NCBI GenBank assembly: GCA_040954595.2
Contig: CM082585.2
Coordinates: 3,440,902-3,504,901 of the forward strand
DNA: 64,000 nucleotides
DNA from: Balanoglossus misakiensis
Taxonomy: Eukaryota > Animalia > Hemichordata
Reading direction: 5' to 3'
Part shown: piece by piece, positions 12,501 through 21,600 of the stretch
Layout of the letters: each line of letters opens with the position of its first letter
Numbering within the stretch: position 1 is the stretch's first letter
Program-made: the position numbers and the translations under genes
The notes under the pieces: model-generated
The model's database searches: none
The model's input: the letters and a program-made list of their open reading frames with translations, nothing else
Told to the model about the DNA's origin: nothing

Positions 12501-15500
12501 ATGTACAACGTATTGAGCACATACTTATTGTGATTAGCTGTTTGTGAAAGTGATTATGTGAATGTTGTGAAGGGTTTCAGCTCCATCGTACATGTAGTTA
12601 TGGAGAAGAAGATTTTTGACCAAAACTTCTATTTTTAGATTTTGCATATTCATGACCCCATCAAATCCAAATTAACAAAATCAGGTAAGGGCACCATAAC
12701 ACACATTCCAACCAAATTTCAGCTAAATATGCCCAGTTGTTTTAAAGAAGAACATTGAAATACCAAAAGTTGACAGACGACGGACGGACACTTATCAACC
12801 TACGGCTGACACAAGTGACAGCAGAGCCAAAAAAGGGGTTTGGAGATCAACAAACCATGGAAAACATGGTAGAAGACAATGCAAATCTTTAAAATGAATT
12901 TTAATCTGTGTCAGGTCTGTGACTGGTATGTACATGTAGAAATTTAACCCTTTCACTCCAATTTTCCTGTATAGTGGTCCAAGACTGCCATTGAGAACTA
13001 TGGAGTTGGACCAAACCATTGTGAAATTTCTGGCAGAAATACCAATTTTTGTAAGATTTTTTACATGCTCAAAATTTGTTGCGGAAGTTGATGAATGATC
13101 AATCAGAATTTGTAGGGTCTCAAAATAAAGCATTCTGGGGAAAAACATTTAAAGGGACCTGGTCCCTCCTTGACAAATTGCCAAACACGGGGGTTAATCC
13201 CCCAGGCCCAGTGAAGATGAAATACTGGGGCATGTTGTGTATTATTAAAATAAATAAACATGACCCAAATACCTGAATATTAATTCCTCTTCTTTGGCCA
13301 AACTGTTGCTGCCTTTTAGCCTTTCCCGCTTGAAGCAAACTTTTCCTTGCTTGTGCTTTCCTTTTATTGGCAGTACTTATCAACTGTTGATTTTGTCTCT
13401 GTGCAGGAGTATTTTTACGCCTGGCTGCTACACCCTGGAATAAAGAGATATGGTATGTGTCATAATAAATACAACTTACCAATGATCAACCAGGATTTTG
13501 TGTCTCAAAGCGTGACTTGGAATTATCAATTACATGATCAAGCTCTTCACAAAACTACAGTTTTGAAACTACATGGACAGATGGCATGTTGTTTAATATT
13601 TTCTCACTTACTATATGATTATTGATAAAAAAATCATTATTTAATACCCCAAATCCTGTCAGTACAGGTACATGTAAGCCACTTTTACCATTCTATGTCT
13701 GTCCACAATTACTGAATAAGTGTATTTCTAAAGAACCAGCCCATATCTGTTATTGTGTTAAAACCTGTCGAAACTGAACAGCAAAGGGACTGAAGAAATT
13801 GTTTCATTTGCCGAGGAGTTTGGTATATAAAGGTTCTTTTAACACCGTACGCTGTTCTACATGTAGGTGAAAAGGGACAGGAAAATGTGTTAATATACAG
13901 GTTTCCAGATTAGATGGATTCGAATTCAACACATACTTAAGAATACCATATGTGCAAAACTGCAATACTGAAAATGACCTACTTTTGTGTTTCTTTGGTT
14001 CCTCTGAATACCTTGACTTCTATTCTGTGACTGTCTGTTCATTGGACTGGCACCGGTCTTTGCTCTGGCACCTCTCCCTGCAACGCGCCCTCTTCTGCTG
14101 AACTTTCCCCTCACACTGGCACCTTCCTGTCTTGCACCATAACCTGCACTTGTTCCAAATCTGGACCTGAATGCTTTCATTCTTCCCTGAGTTTGAAGAT
14201 GCACTCCTCCTCGGCCTCGAACAGCTTGTCCTCTACCACGTCCCCTGCCTCGAACAGCTGAACCACGAACAGCCTGCAACTGTTTTTTCTTATCTTTCCT
14301 GTTCTGCTTGATGATGTCATCTGAAAATGGAAACATGAAATTTTATGGAAAAAACAGCATTAAGGACACCCAGTGTTCTCCCCAGAGCCGTTAGAGAGTA
14401 GATGCCCCTATAGCTGCAATGATTGTAGCGGCCAGTGCTGCTTGGTTGACTGGTGTGAAGCATAACCGCTACAAGGGCTTAGGCCTTGTGTGTAATTTTC
14501 CAATCAACTTTTGGTCGTCAGCTCAGTTATGGGGTTTAACTCTTACCGGTACCTCCGATAACATTTGAAAACCGAACGGGTGCATCCCCCCAAAAAAAAC
14601 ACATCCGACGCCCAAATTTCCCCCAAAGTTGTCCTACTTCCATTAAAAAAACGATAAATCCACTGAAGTTTCGCCGATGTGTTCCGCCATGTTGGAGCAA
14701 ACATGGCGGACAAAGTTTGTAAACATCGGCGAAACTTCAGTGGATTTATCGGTTTTTTTAATGGAAGTAGGACAACTTTGGGGAAAATTTGGGCGTCGGA
14801 TGTGTTGTTGTTGTTTTTTGGGGGGTGGGGGGGGGGGGTGCACCCGTTCGGTTTTCAAATGTTATCGGAGGTAAGAGTTAAACCCCATAACTGAGCTGAC
14901 GACCGAAAGTTGATTGGAAAATTACACACAAGGCCTTGTAGCGGTTATGCACCTAGCAGCACCCGCTACAATCATTGCAGCTAGGGGTGTGGTAGCTCTG
15001 CGTGGCACTGGTGTCTATAAATAAGGCAATGCCTCCACGCCACCGCCATAAGACAACAACTCTGCCACGCAGAGCTAGAAGTGTGGCAGCTGGCGGGTGC
15101 TGCAAGGTTGATGGTAGGGCTGCGACCACATCAGCCAACTTAGCAGCACCCGCTACAATCATTGCAGCTAGGGCCCCTACAATTTTTGTTTGTTTTGGAA
15201 AGCAATAGAAACTCATTAACATAATATTAAAGAGTATTGCTATGCAAATTAGCCACTATGATCCTGGGGAGAACACTAACACTTTGTCAACTTAGCAGTA
15301 CCCACTACAATCATTGCAGCTAGCACTTCAGAGCCATGAAGTAACATTTAGCTCAGTACCTGCTGCTAGCTGCAGTTCAGTAAGCTCGCTGAGGTACATT
15401 GTATGCGTGTTGGACGGCAAAACCAGGCACACACAAACAAGGCTGCCGAACTGCCAGTGCTAGATTAGAAATCTGAATTTCACCTAATACAGCAGCATTC

Positions 15501-16123
15501 TGTGGGGGGGGGGGGTGAAGCGTGCGAGTTTTATGTTCTTCCCCTCAAACATTTTGTGTTTGATCTGCACATTTGGGACCTGGCCAAGTTAGTGGACACG
15601 TCTTTACCCCCTGTATGTGAAGGGGGTCCCTTGACTGTGCGAAGCACAGAAATTTGGCAAATGACGTTAGCGGTGGGAACGTGCGCGGCGATTTTCAATC
15701 AAGTAGAGGCGAGAAAGAACAAACATGGGTTGTGTCACAACTCGAATGCTGGCTGCAGTTCAGTAGCTCGAGGTTTTGTTTGTGTGATTGCGACGGCTAC
15801 TCGAATCACTGCACACGTACCTGAGTCAACCTAGCAGCAACCGCTACAATCAAAGGCAATCGAATCCCACTGACTCCAGCCTGATATTAGAGAAGACAAG
15901 GTGTCTTCTCTAATATCAGACTAAAGTCAGTGGAGTCCAGAGCCTGTCTGTGGCTACAATCATTGCAGCTAAATGTACCATAAGTTGTACTAAGTGCAGG
16001 GTGTATGCTTCTTCGTGAACACTTTTCATGGTCGTTTTAAAGTTAGAAATTTCATACAACTTTGACCAGTAAGCTTACACCAGGCACTCTCCACTTACCT
16101 AAACTCATATCTATCCTGTCCAT
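6423..16123 (-). CDS. FYTTD1: FYTTD1/UIF-like UAP56-interacting mRNA export adaptor, 8 coding exons: join(16099-16123,13983-14320,13273-13434,12193-12293,11596-11682,9073-9094,7579-7725,6423-6542), 1002 nt, 333 aa
   Basis: All introns are GT-AG with consistent phases (1,0,0,2,2,0,0). The protein has an N-terminal UAP56-binding motif MDRIDMSLDDIIKQNRK plus colinear UIF-like motifs RRGRV..GASPMNR, QRTRRWR..IMTVSVSNP and C-terminal TLSERF..GRTVVM. It has no RRM, so it is not ALYREF. Confidence 0.85.
7579..7725 (-). CDS. FYTTD1: FYTTD1-like exon 7 (GQIKPENG...LVVDGNQ)
   Basis: CTGCAG acceptor, CAG/GTATTC donor, 147 nt, phase 0/0. Confidence 0.72.
7826..8595. mobile_element. Tc1/mariner-type MITE (host of a nested Kolobok-type element)
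   Basis: TA|CAGTCAGAACTGTCTAAA ... TTTAGACAGGTTTTACTG|TA: TA TSD, CAGT/ACTG termini, 14/18 TIR match. Confidence 0.7.
7913..8500. mobile_element. Non-autonomous Kolobok-type DNA transposon (588 bp)
   Basis: TTAA|AGCCCCAGTATTTCTCGT ... ACGAGAAATACTGAGGCT|TTAA: 17/18 TIR, TTAA TSD, AG..CT termini. An empty-site paralogue is at 13831-13846. Confidence 0.8.
9073..9094 (-). CDS. FYTTD1: FYTTD1-like exon 6, 22-nt microexon (KPVRINRQ)
   Basis: TTTTTTCTGATTACAG acceptor and CAG/GTAAAT donor; supplies the phase 2-to-0 change needed between exons 5 and 7. Confidence 0.65.
9956..10090 (+). pseudogene. Degenerate THAP-domain remnant in the left arm (mirror copy at 11224-11358, minus strand)
   Basis: MAGCLASRSKNRVGKNTAKGFIKVPDP...RAEKWVSNIG follows the THAP pattern M-x2-C-x4-(C)-x-N...F..P...R..W, with the second Cys lost. 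Confidence 0.5.
10675..10927 (-). pseudogene. KolX / P2X7-ballast-like Cys-rich protein remnant (frameshifted)
   Basis: MEFSNEDIVGFLCEPEYGSDE (PY.FEPEY-like motif), then an acidic linker, then WCSC[5-bp GCTGC duplication]GKCEVISTVKECRCCHEID, the WCxCGxC..ExxCCxE signature. Confidence 0.6.
11596..11682 (-). CDS. FYTTD1: FYTTD1-like exon 5 (WRRQPQSSGPLPAHIMTVSVSNPTAETQ)
   Basis: TACAG acceptor, GTAAGT donor, phase 2/2; resembles UIF QWRTSTTNGGILTVSIDNP. Confidence 0.82.
12193..12293 (-). CDS. FYTTD1: FYTTD1-like exon 4 (TQVIQGRPRR...PQRTRR)
   Basis: TTTGTAG acceptor, GTAATT donor, phase 0/2. Confidence 0.78.
13273..13434 (-). CDS. FYTTD1: FYTTD1-like exon 3 (GVAARRK...RRGINIQ)
   Basis: TTCCAG acceptor, GTATTT donor, 162 nt, phase 0/0. 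Confidence 0.8.
13758..13920. mobile_element. Degenerate copy of the Tc1/mariner MITE family of 7826-8595 (empty-site paralogue)
   Basis: Shares AAAACCTGTC, AGGGACTGAAGAAA, AGGTTCTTTTAACAC (single TTAA) and GTTTCCAGATTAGA with the 7.8-kb copy. Confidence 0.65.
13983..14320 (-). CDS. FYTTD1: FYTTD1-like exon 2 (DDIIKQNRK... RG-rich ...NQRNTK)
   Basis: TTTTCAG acceptor, GTAGGT donor; lies inside ORF 13926..14336. Confidence 0.88.
14371..15278. mobile_element. hAT-like non-autonomous element with nested insertions
   Basis: TIR CAGTGTTCTCCCCAG / CTGGGGAGAACACTA; no clear 8-bp TSD. Confidence 0.5.
14460..14950. mobile_element. ~490-bp near-perfect palindromic (foldback) element
   Basis: GCATAACCGCTACAAGG ... 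CCTTGTAGCGGTTATGC. The arms pair almost throughout (small indels), centred on TCCGCCATGTT-ggagca-AACATGGCGGA, with looser pairing out to ~14404/14988. Confidence 0.8.
15867..15933. repeat. 67-bp palindromic micro-element
   Basis: CCACTGACT..CTGATATTAGAGAAGAC-aaggt-GTCTTCTCTAATATCAG..AGTCAGTGG; a half-copy is at ~1341-1387. Confidence 0.6.
16099..16123 (-). CDS. FYTTD1: FYTTD1-like exon 1 (MDRIDMSL+G)
   Basis: ATG at 16123-16121, GTAAGT donor at 16098, phase 1. Confidence 0.85.
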
Positions 16124-17339
16124 GATGAAATATTGCGTATATCTTGCACTTGCAGATAGTCACTGCACCGCAAAAGTCTGCAGATACGTCAATCCAGGAA
16201 AAGCCCAAAAGCAGTATGTTCGCGTCGTCATGTGATCAAAACATATACCGGACATTGACAGCTTGAATATTCCGCTCTATTCCAATATGTATATTGAATG
16301 AAAGGTGACCACCAACTCTACCTATTATTTATAATTATATATTTCTTGCATAGTAATATTATTATATTTCTTATTTTCAATAATACGAACTTACGATAAT
16401 CTTCTACGTACACGTACATGTGATCGAGCTGCGTGAATCGAACACACAGTCTAGATATTATGTACTTGTTATGTGAAGACGCTCTCTAGAGGGCGCCGTT
16501 TAGCCCAGAAGGTAGAGTTGGCACATGTACATAGTACTTTGCTGAGTGTGGCCTGCTCTTTATAGGGGCCTAATAGTATAATAAATAGAGTTATATATAA
16601 TAATACGGCCATGTCCTGACACAGGATAGTGTGGTTCCCTGCCCTATTCCCGTCGCAATGGGGCAAGGGACCAACTGCAGACTTGACCTCAAATTACTAA
16701 GGACGACGAAATACACTTTTTATTGGGAAGAGGGTGAAAAACGTTTTTAAAACTTTTTCAAGGTAGAGGACAAAAATTTACTCAAAGCGTCGACATCCCT
16801 ATATCATGTAACTGTTAATGTGAACGATCAGGACATGCGCGTAGTCTTATCCTATAAATATCGGAAAAAAATCGAACGCTGCAAATCTTCTGCTTCAACA
16901 AATCGCCGGTGCCCGACAATACATGGTTTCATGGACTGAGACTCATGACATCGCGGCTTGCTTGTACACGTTTATCGACAAAGATTATTGATTAATATAC
17001 ACATTCAAATAGAAACTTTGCGGGAATGTTCGAAAAATCGACCAAAAAATCCCCCATTTTATAAACTTTTGATACAAACAGTATCAATCACCGAAAAGTT
17101 TTTGAACTGTACTGACGCTTCTTATCAAGGCTTTAATTCTTTTTGGATGCAACTTGAACATATACGTACATACCATGTAAAATTGATTTTGGTAGATAAT
17201 GTCTATAGAGGGATCGTCTCTTGTTTTAATGTTTGCGTCCAAATTTGGGCTAAATTTGCCAAATTGAGGCAATTTTGTCTTTCTTATTCAAAAATCATCA
17301 ATTCAATCAATATCATACGGGGTATGATGTTTTAAATAT

Positions 17340-18366
17340 ACATATACATCACCCGAACTCCAAAGCAAAACGCATTACTTATTTTCATTTCTGTAAATGA
17401 CAATTTTAAACCGAAATGTGGCTAAATGGCATTTTTTTTTTATTTAATTGGGTCTCAAAAGGACTGTTATGTTTGTATCAGCATACTTTTGCTCAAAATT
17501 GATTTTTGATACATCATCACATCTTTGATTGTAAAGAAAACATTTTTGTGGGGCTAAAAACCTGGTTTTTGCATTCTTCTTCAGTTTTAATATAAAATTG
17601 ACCTTCCATAATATCATCAGATCACCGAATATGAATAAAACAGTTTGTTTTTTTAATTTTGTCTAAAAATGACCTTTGGGGCAAAAAAATGCCCAAAAGG
17701 GCGTTTTTATATCTTGAGTAGGGTCAATCAGACTGCTTTTTGGGAATATCCACCAGATTTTACATAGAATAGGCATATTATACGTTATCAGATCTCCGAA
17801 TGTGAAAAAAACAGTTTGTTTTTGTGTTTTCTAAAAATGACCCTTTTGAGGCAAAAATGGCCAATTTGTCTCGAGTGGGATCAAAAAGACTGCTTTTCCT
17901 GAAGTCAGCACCAAATTCTAATATGTAGTTGTCATACTCAAATCTCCTATCATCAAGAAAACAGTCTGATGTTAGCTTTTGTCTGAAAATGAACTTTTGG
18001 GGCAAAAACTTGCCAAAGAGGGACTTTTGTAATGAGAAGCGGTCAATAAAACTTTTTTTTTACTAGTAGTCAAATTGTACAATGAATGGGCATATGATAG
18101 ATCATCAGATCTCCGATTCTAAAGAAAACATTTAGTTTTAATTGTTTTCTTCAGAAAATGACACTTTTTGGGGTAAAAGTGGCCAAATGGCAAATTTTGC
18201 TTGTGTGACATCAATCAGACAGCTTTTTTTTAAAAATGATGGATAAGCACCGATTTTTACAGAGAATCAACTTTTCATACATCAGCAGGTCTCCGAGTGT
18301 GAAGAAAACAATTTATATTTTTTTTTTTTTTTAAAATTACCTTTGACATCCCCAAAGTGGCCAAAA
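17340..18366. repeat. Old degenerate AT-rich tandem repeat (~150-180 bp period, 5-7 copies)
   Basis: Recurring CATCAGATCTCCGA...GAAAACAGTTT...AAAATGAC..TTTTGGGGCAAAAA.TGGCCAAA at ~17615, 17787, 17937, 18103, 18281. Confidence 0.7.
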
Positions 18367-18670
18367 TAACATCTTCTGTATTGAGTACGGCCTAACCCCC
18401 ACACACTCAAGCAGGAAACGGGCTCTTCCTCCCGTTTGGCAGGAAACGATGCGCCCGTACAGAGTTGGGACGTTGTAAGCTCCGTCGATCGGTTTCGCAA
18501 TCGTTTACACCGGTAAGAACGGGTGCTCAGGGCTTCAACGGGCCTGCTCACATCTTCCCCCGCCAAGGGAGTAGTAAAAGTCCCGTACTCAGAATCGGAT
18601 TTGTATGTCCCTCCGCGGGTATGCGCGCCCGAACTATATATAAGGAGAAGTGGACCTTCACAAATTCCCG

Positions 18671-21600
18671 GTTCATTAAGCAGGCGTGGTATATAACGCA
18701 TAGGGATAGGAGAAGGGCGGGCGGAAGCGGTCGTGTGTCTGAGCTTCTCCGGCGAGACCTCGCACAAATCCCCGCCGAGTTAGAAAGGGAACTCGAGGTG
18801 TCGTTCATTAAACAGGCGTGGTATATAACGCATAGGGATAGGAGAAGGGCGGGCGGAAAGCGGTCGTGTGTCTGAGCTTCTCCGGCGAGACCTCGCACAA
18901 ATCCCCGCCGAGTTAGAAAGGGAACTCGAGGTGTCGTTTATTAAACAGGCGTGGTATATAACGCATAGGGATAGGAGAAGGGCGGGCGGAAAGCGGTCGT
19001 GTGTCTGAACTACCCCGGCGAGACCTCGCACAAATCCCCGACGAGTTAGAAAGGGAACTCGCAGTGTCGTTCATTAAGCAGGCGTGGTATATAACGCATA
19101 GGGATAGGAGAAGGGCGGGCGGAAAGCCGTCGTGTGTCTGAGCTTCTCCGGCGAGACCTCGCACAAATCCCCGCCGAGTTAGAAAGGGAACTCGAGGTGT
19201 CGTTCATTAAACAGGCGTGGTATATAACGCATATGGATAGGAGAAGGGCGGGCGGAAAGCGGTCGTGTGTCTGAGCTACCCCGGCGAGACCTCGCACAAA
19301 TCCCCGACGAGTTAGAAAGGGAACTCGCAGTGTCGTTCATTAAGCAGGCGTGGTATATAACGCATAGGGATAGGAGAAGGGCGGGCGGAAAGCGGCCATA
19401 TATCTGAGCTTCTCCGGCGAGACCTCGCACAAATCTCCGCCGAGTTAGAAAGGGAACTCGCTGTGTCGTTCATATAACGTATAGGGATAGGAGAAGGGTG
19501 GGCGGAAAGCGGTCGTGTGTCTGAGCTTCTCCGGCGAGACCTCGCACAAATCCCCGACGAGTTAGAAAGGGAACTCGTGGTGTCGTTCATTAAACAGGCG
19601 TGGTATATAACGCATAGGGATAGGAGAAGGGCGGGCGGAAAGCGGTCGTGTGTCTGAGCTTCTCCGGCGAGACCTCGCACAAATCCCCGACGAGTTAGAA
19701 AGGGAACTCGCAGTGTCGTTCATTAAACAGGCGTGGTATATAACGCATAGGGATAGGAGAAGGGCGGGCGGAAAGCGGTCGTGTGTCTGAGCTTCCCCGG
19801 CGAGACCTCGCACAAATCCCCGACGAGTTAGAAAGGGAACTCGCTGTGTCGTTCATTAAACAGGCGTGGTATATAACGCATAGGGATAGGAGAAGGGCGG
19901 GCGGAAAGCGGTCGTGTGTCTGAGCTTCTCCGGCGAGACCTCGCACAAATCCCCGACGAGTTAGAAAGGGAACTCGTGGTGTCGTTCATTAAACAGGCGT
20001 GGTATATAACGCATAGGGATAGGAGAAGGGCGGGCGGAAAGCGGTCGTGTGTCTGAGCTTCCTCGGCGAGACCTCGCACAAATCCCCGCCGAGTTAGAAA
20101 GGGAACTCGCAGTGTCGTTCATTAAGCAGGCGTGGTATATAACGCATAGGGATAGGAGAAGGGCGGGCGGAAAGCCGTCGTGTGTCTGAGCTTCTCCGGC
20201 GAGACCTCGCTAAAATCCCCGCCGAGTTAGAAAGGGAACTCGCGGTGTCGTTCATTAAGCAGGCGTGGTATATAACGCATAGGGATAGGAGAAGGGCGGG
20301 CGGAAAGCGGTCGTGTGTCTGAGCTTCTCCGGCGAGACCTCGCACAAATCCCCGGCGAGTTAGAAAGGGAACTCGCAGTGTCGTTCATTAAACAGGCGTG
20401 GTACATAACGCATAGGGATAGGAGAAGGGCGGGCGGAAAGCGGTCGTGTGTCTGAGCTTCTCCGGCGAGACCTCGCACAAATCCCCGACGAGTTAGAAAG
20501 GGAACTCGTGGTGTCGTTCATTAAACAGGCGTGGTATATAACGCATAGGGATAGGAGAAGGGCGGGCGGAAAGCGGTCGTGTGTCTGAGCTTCCTCGGCG
20601 AGACCTCGCACAAATCCCCGCCGAGTTAGAAAGGGAACTCGCAGTGTCGTTCATTAAGCAGGCGTGGTATATAACGCATAGGGATAGGAGAAGGGCGGGC
20701 GGAAAGCCGTCGTGTGTCTGAGCTTCTCCGGCGAGACCTCGCTAAAATCCCCGCCGAGTTAGAAAGGGAACTCGCGGTGTCGTTCATTAAGCAGGCGTGG
20801 TATATAACGCATAGGGATAGGAGAAGGGCGGGCGGAAAGCGGTCGTGTGTCTGAGCTTCTCCGGCGAGACCTCGCACAAATCCCCGGCGAGTTAGAAAGG
20901 GAACTCGCAGTGTCGTTCATTAAGCAGGCGTGGTATATAACGCATAGGGATAGGAGAAGGGCGGGCGGAAAGCGGTCGTGTGTCTGAGCTTCTCCGGCGA
21001 GACCTCGCACAAATCCCCGCCGAGTTAGAAAGGGAACTCGAGGTGTCGTTCATTAAACAGGCGTGGTATATAACGCATAGGGATAGGAGAAGGGCGGGCG
21101 GAAAGCGGTCGTGTGTCTGAGCTTCTCCGGCGAGACCTCGCACAAATCCCCGCCGAGTTAGAAAGGGAACTCGAGGTGTCGTTTATTAAACAGGCGTGGT
21201 ATATAACGCATAGGGATAGGAGAAGGGCGGGCGGAAAGCGGTCGTGTGTCTGAACTACCCCGGCGAGACCTCGCACAAATCCCCGACGAGTTAGAAAGGG
21301 AACTCGCAGTGTCGTTCATTAAGCAGGCGTGGTATATAACGCATAGGGATGGGAGAAGGGCGGGCGGAAAGCCGTCGTGTGTCTGAGCTTCTCCGGCGAG
21401 ACCTCGCACAAATCCCCGCCGAGTTAGAAAGGGAACTCGAGGTGTCGTTCATTAAACAGGCGTGGTATATAACGCATAGGGATAGGAGAAGGGCGGGCGG
21501 AAAGCGGTCGTGTGTCTGAGCTTCTCCGGCGAGACCTAGCACAAATCCCCGCCGAGTTAGAAAGGGAACTCGCAGTGTCGTTCATTAAGCAGGCGTGGTA

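Noticed and set aside
13983-16123. ALYREF/THOC4 assignment from the DMSLDDII motif and RG tract
   Set aside because: No RRM or C-terminal UBM in the reconstructed protein; the downstream motifs fit FYTTD1/UIF.
18382-18591. Telomerase RNA (CCTAACCC next to a P1-like long-range stem)
   Set aside because: The template-like 8-mer abuts the stem with no linker, no U-rich/A-rich pseudoknot triple-helix strands are seen, and there is no room for CR4/5 and H/ACA domains before the satellite.
18370-18595. RNase P/MRP or 7SK RNA on the minus strand (GGGAAGATGTGAG and ACTCAATACAGA resemble RNase P CR-I/CR-V)
   Set aside because: The two motifs cannot form the P4 helix, and the paired GAUC motifs of 7SK are absent.
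19036-19052. CENP-B-box-like motif in the monomer (CCCG-ac-g-agtt-AGAA)
   Set aside because: Only 7 of 9 essential positions match; expected by chance in GC-rich DNA.
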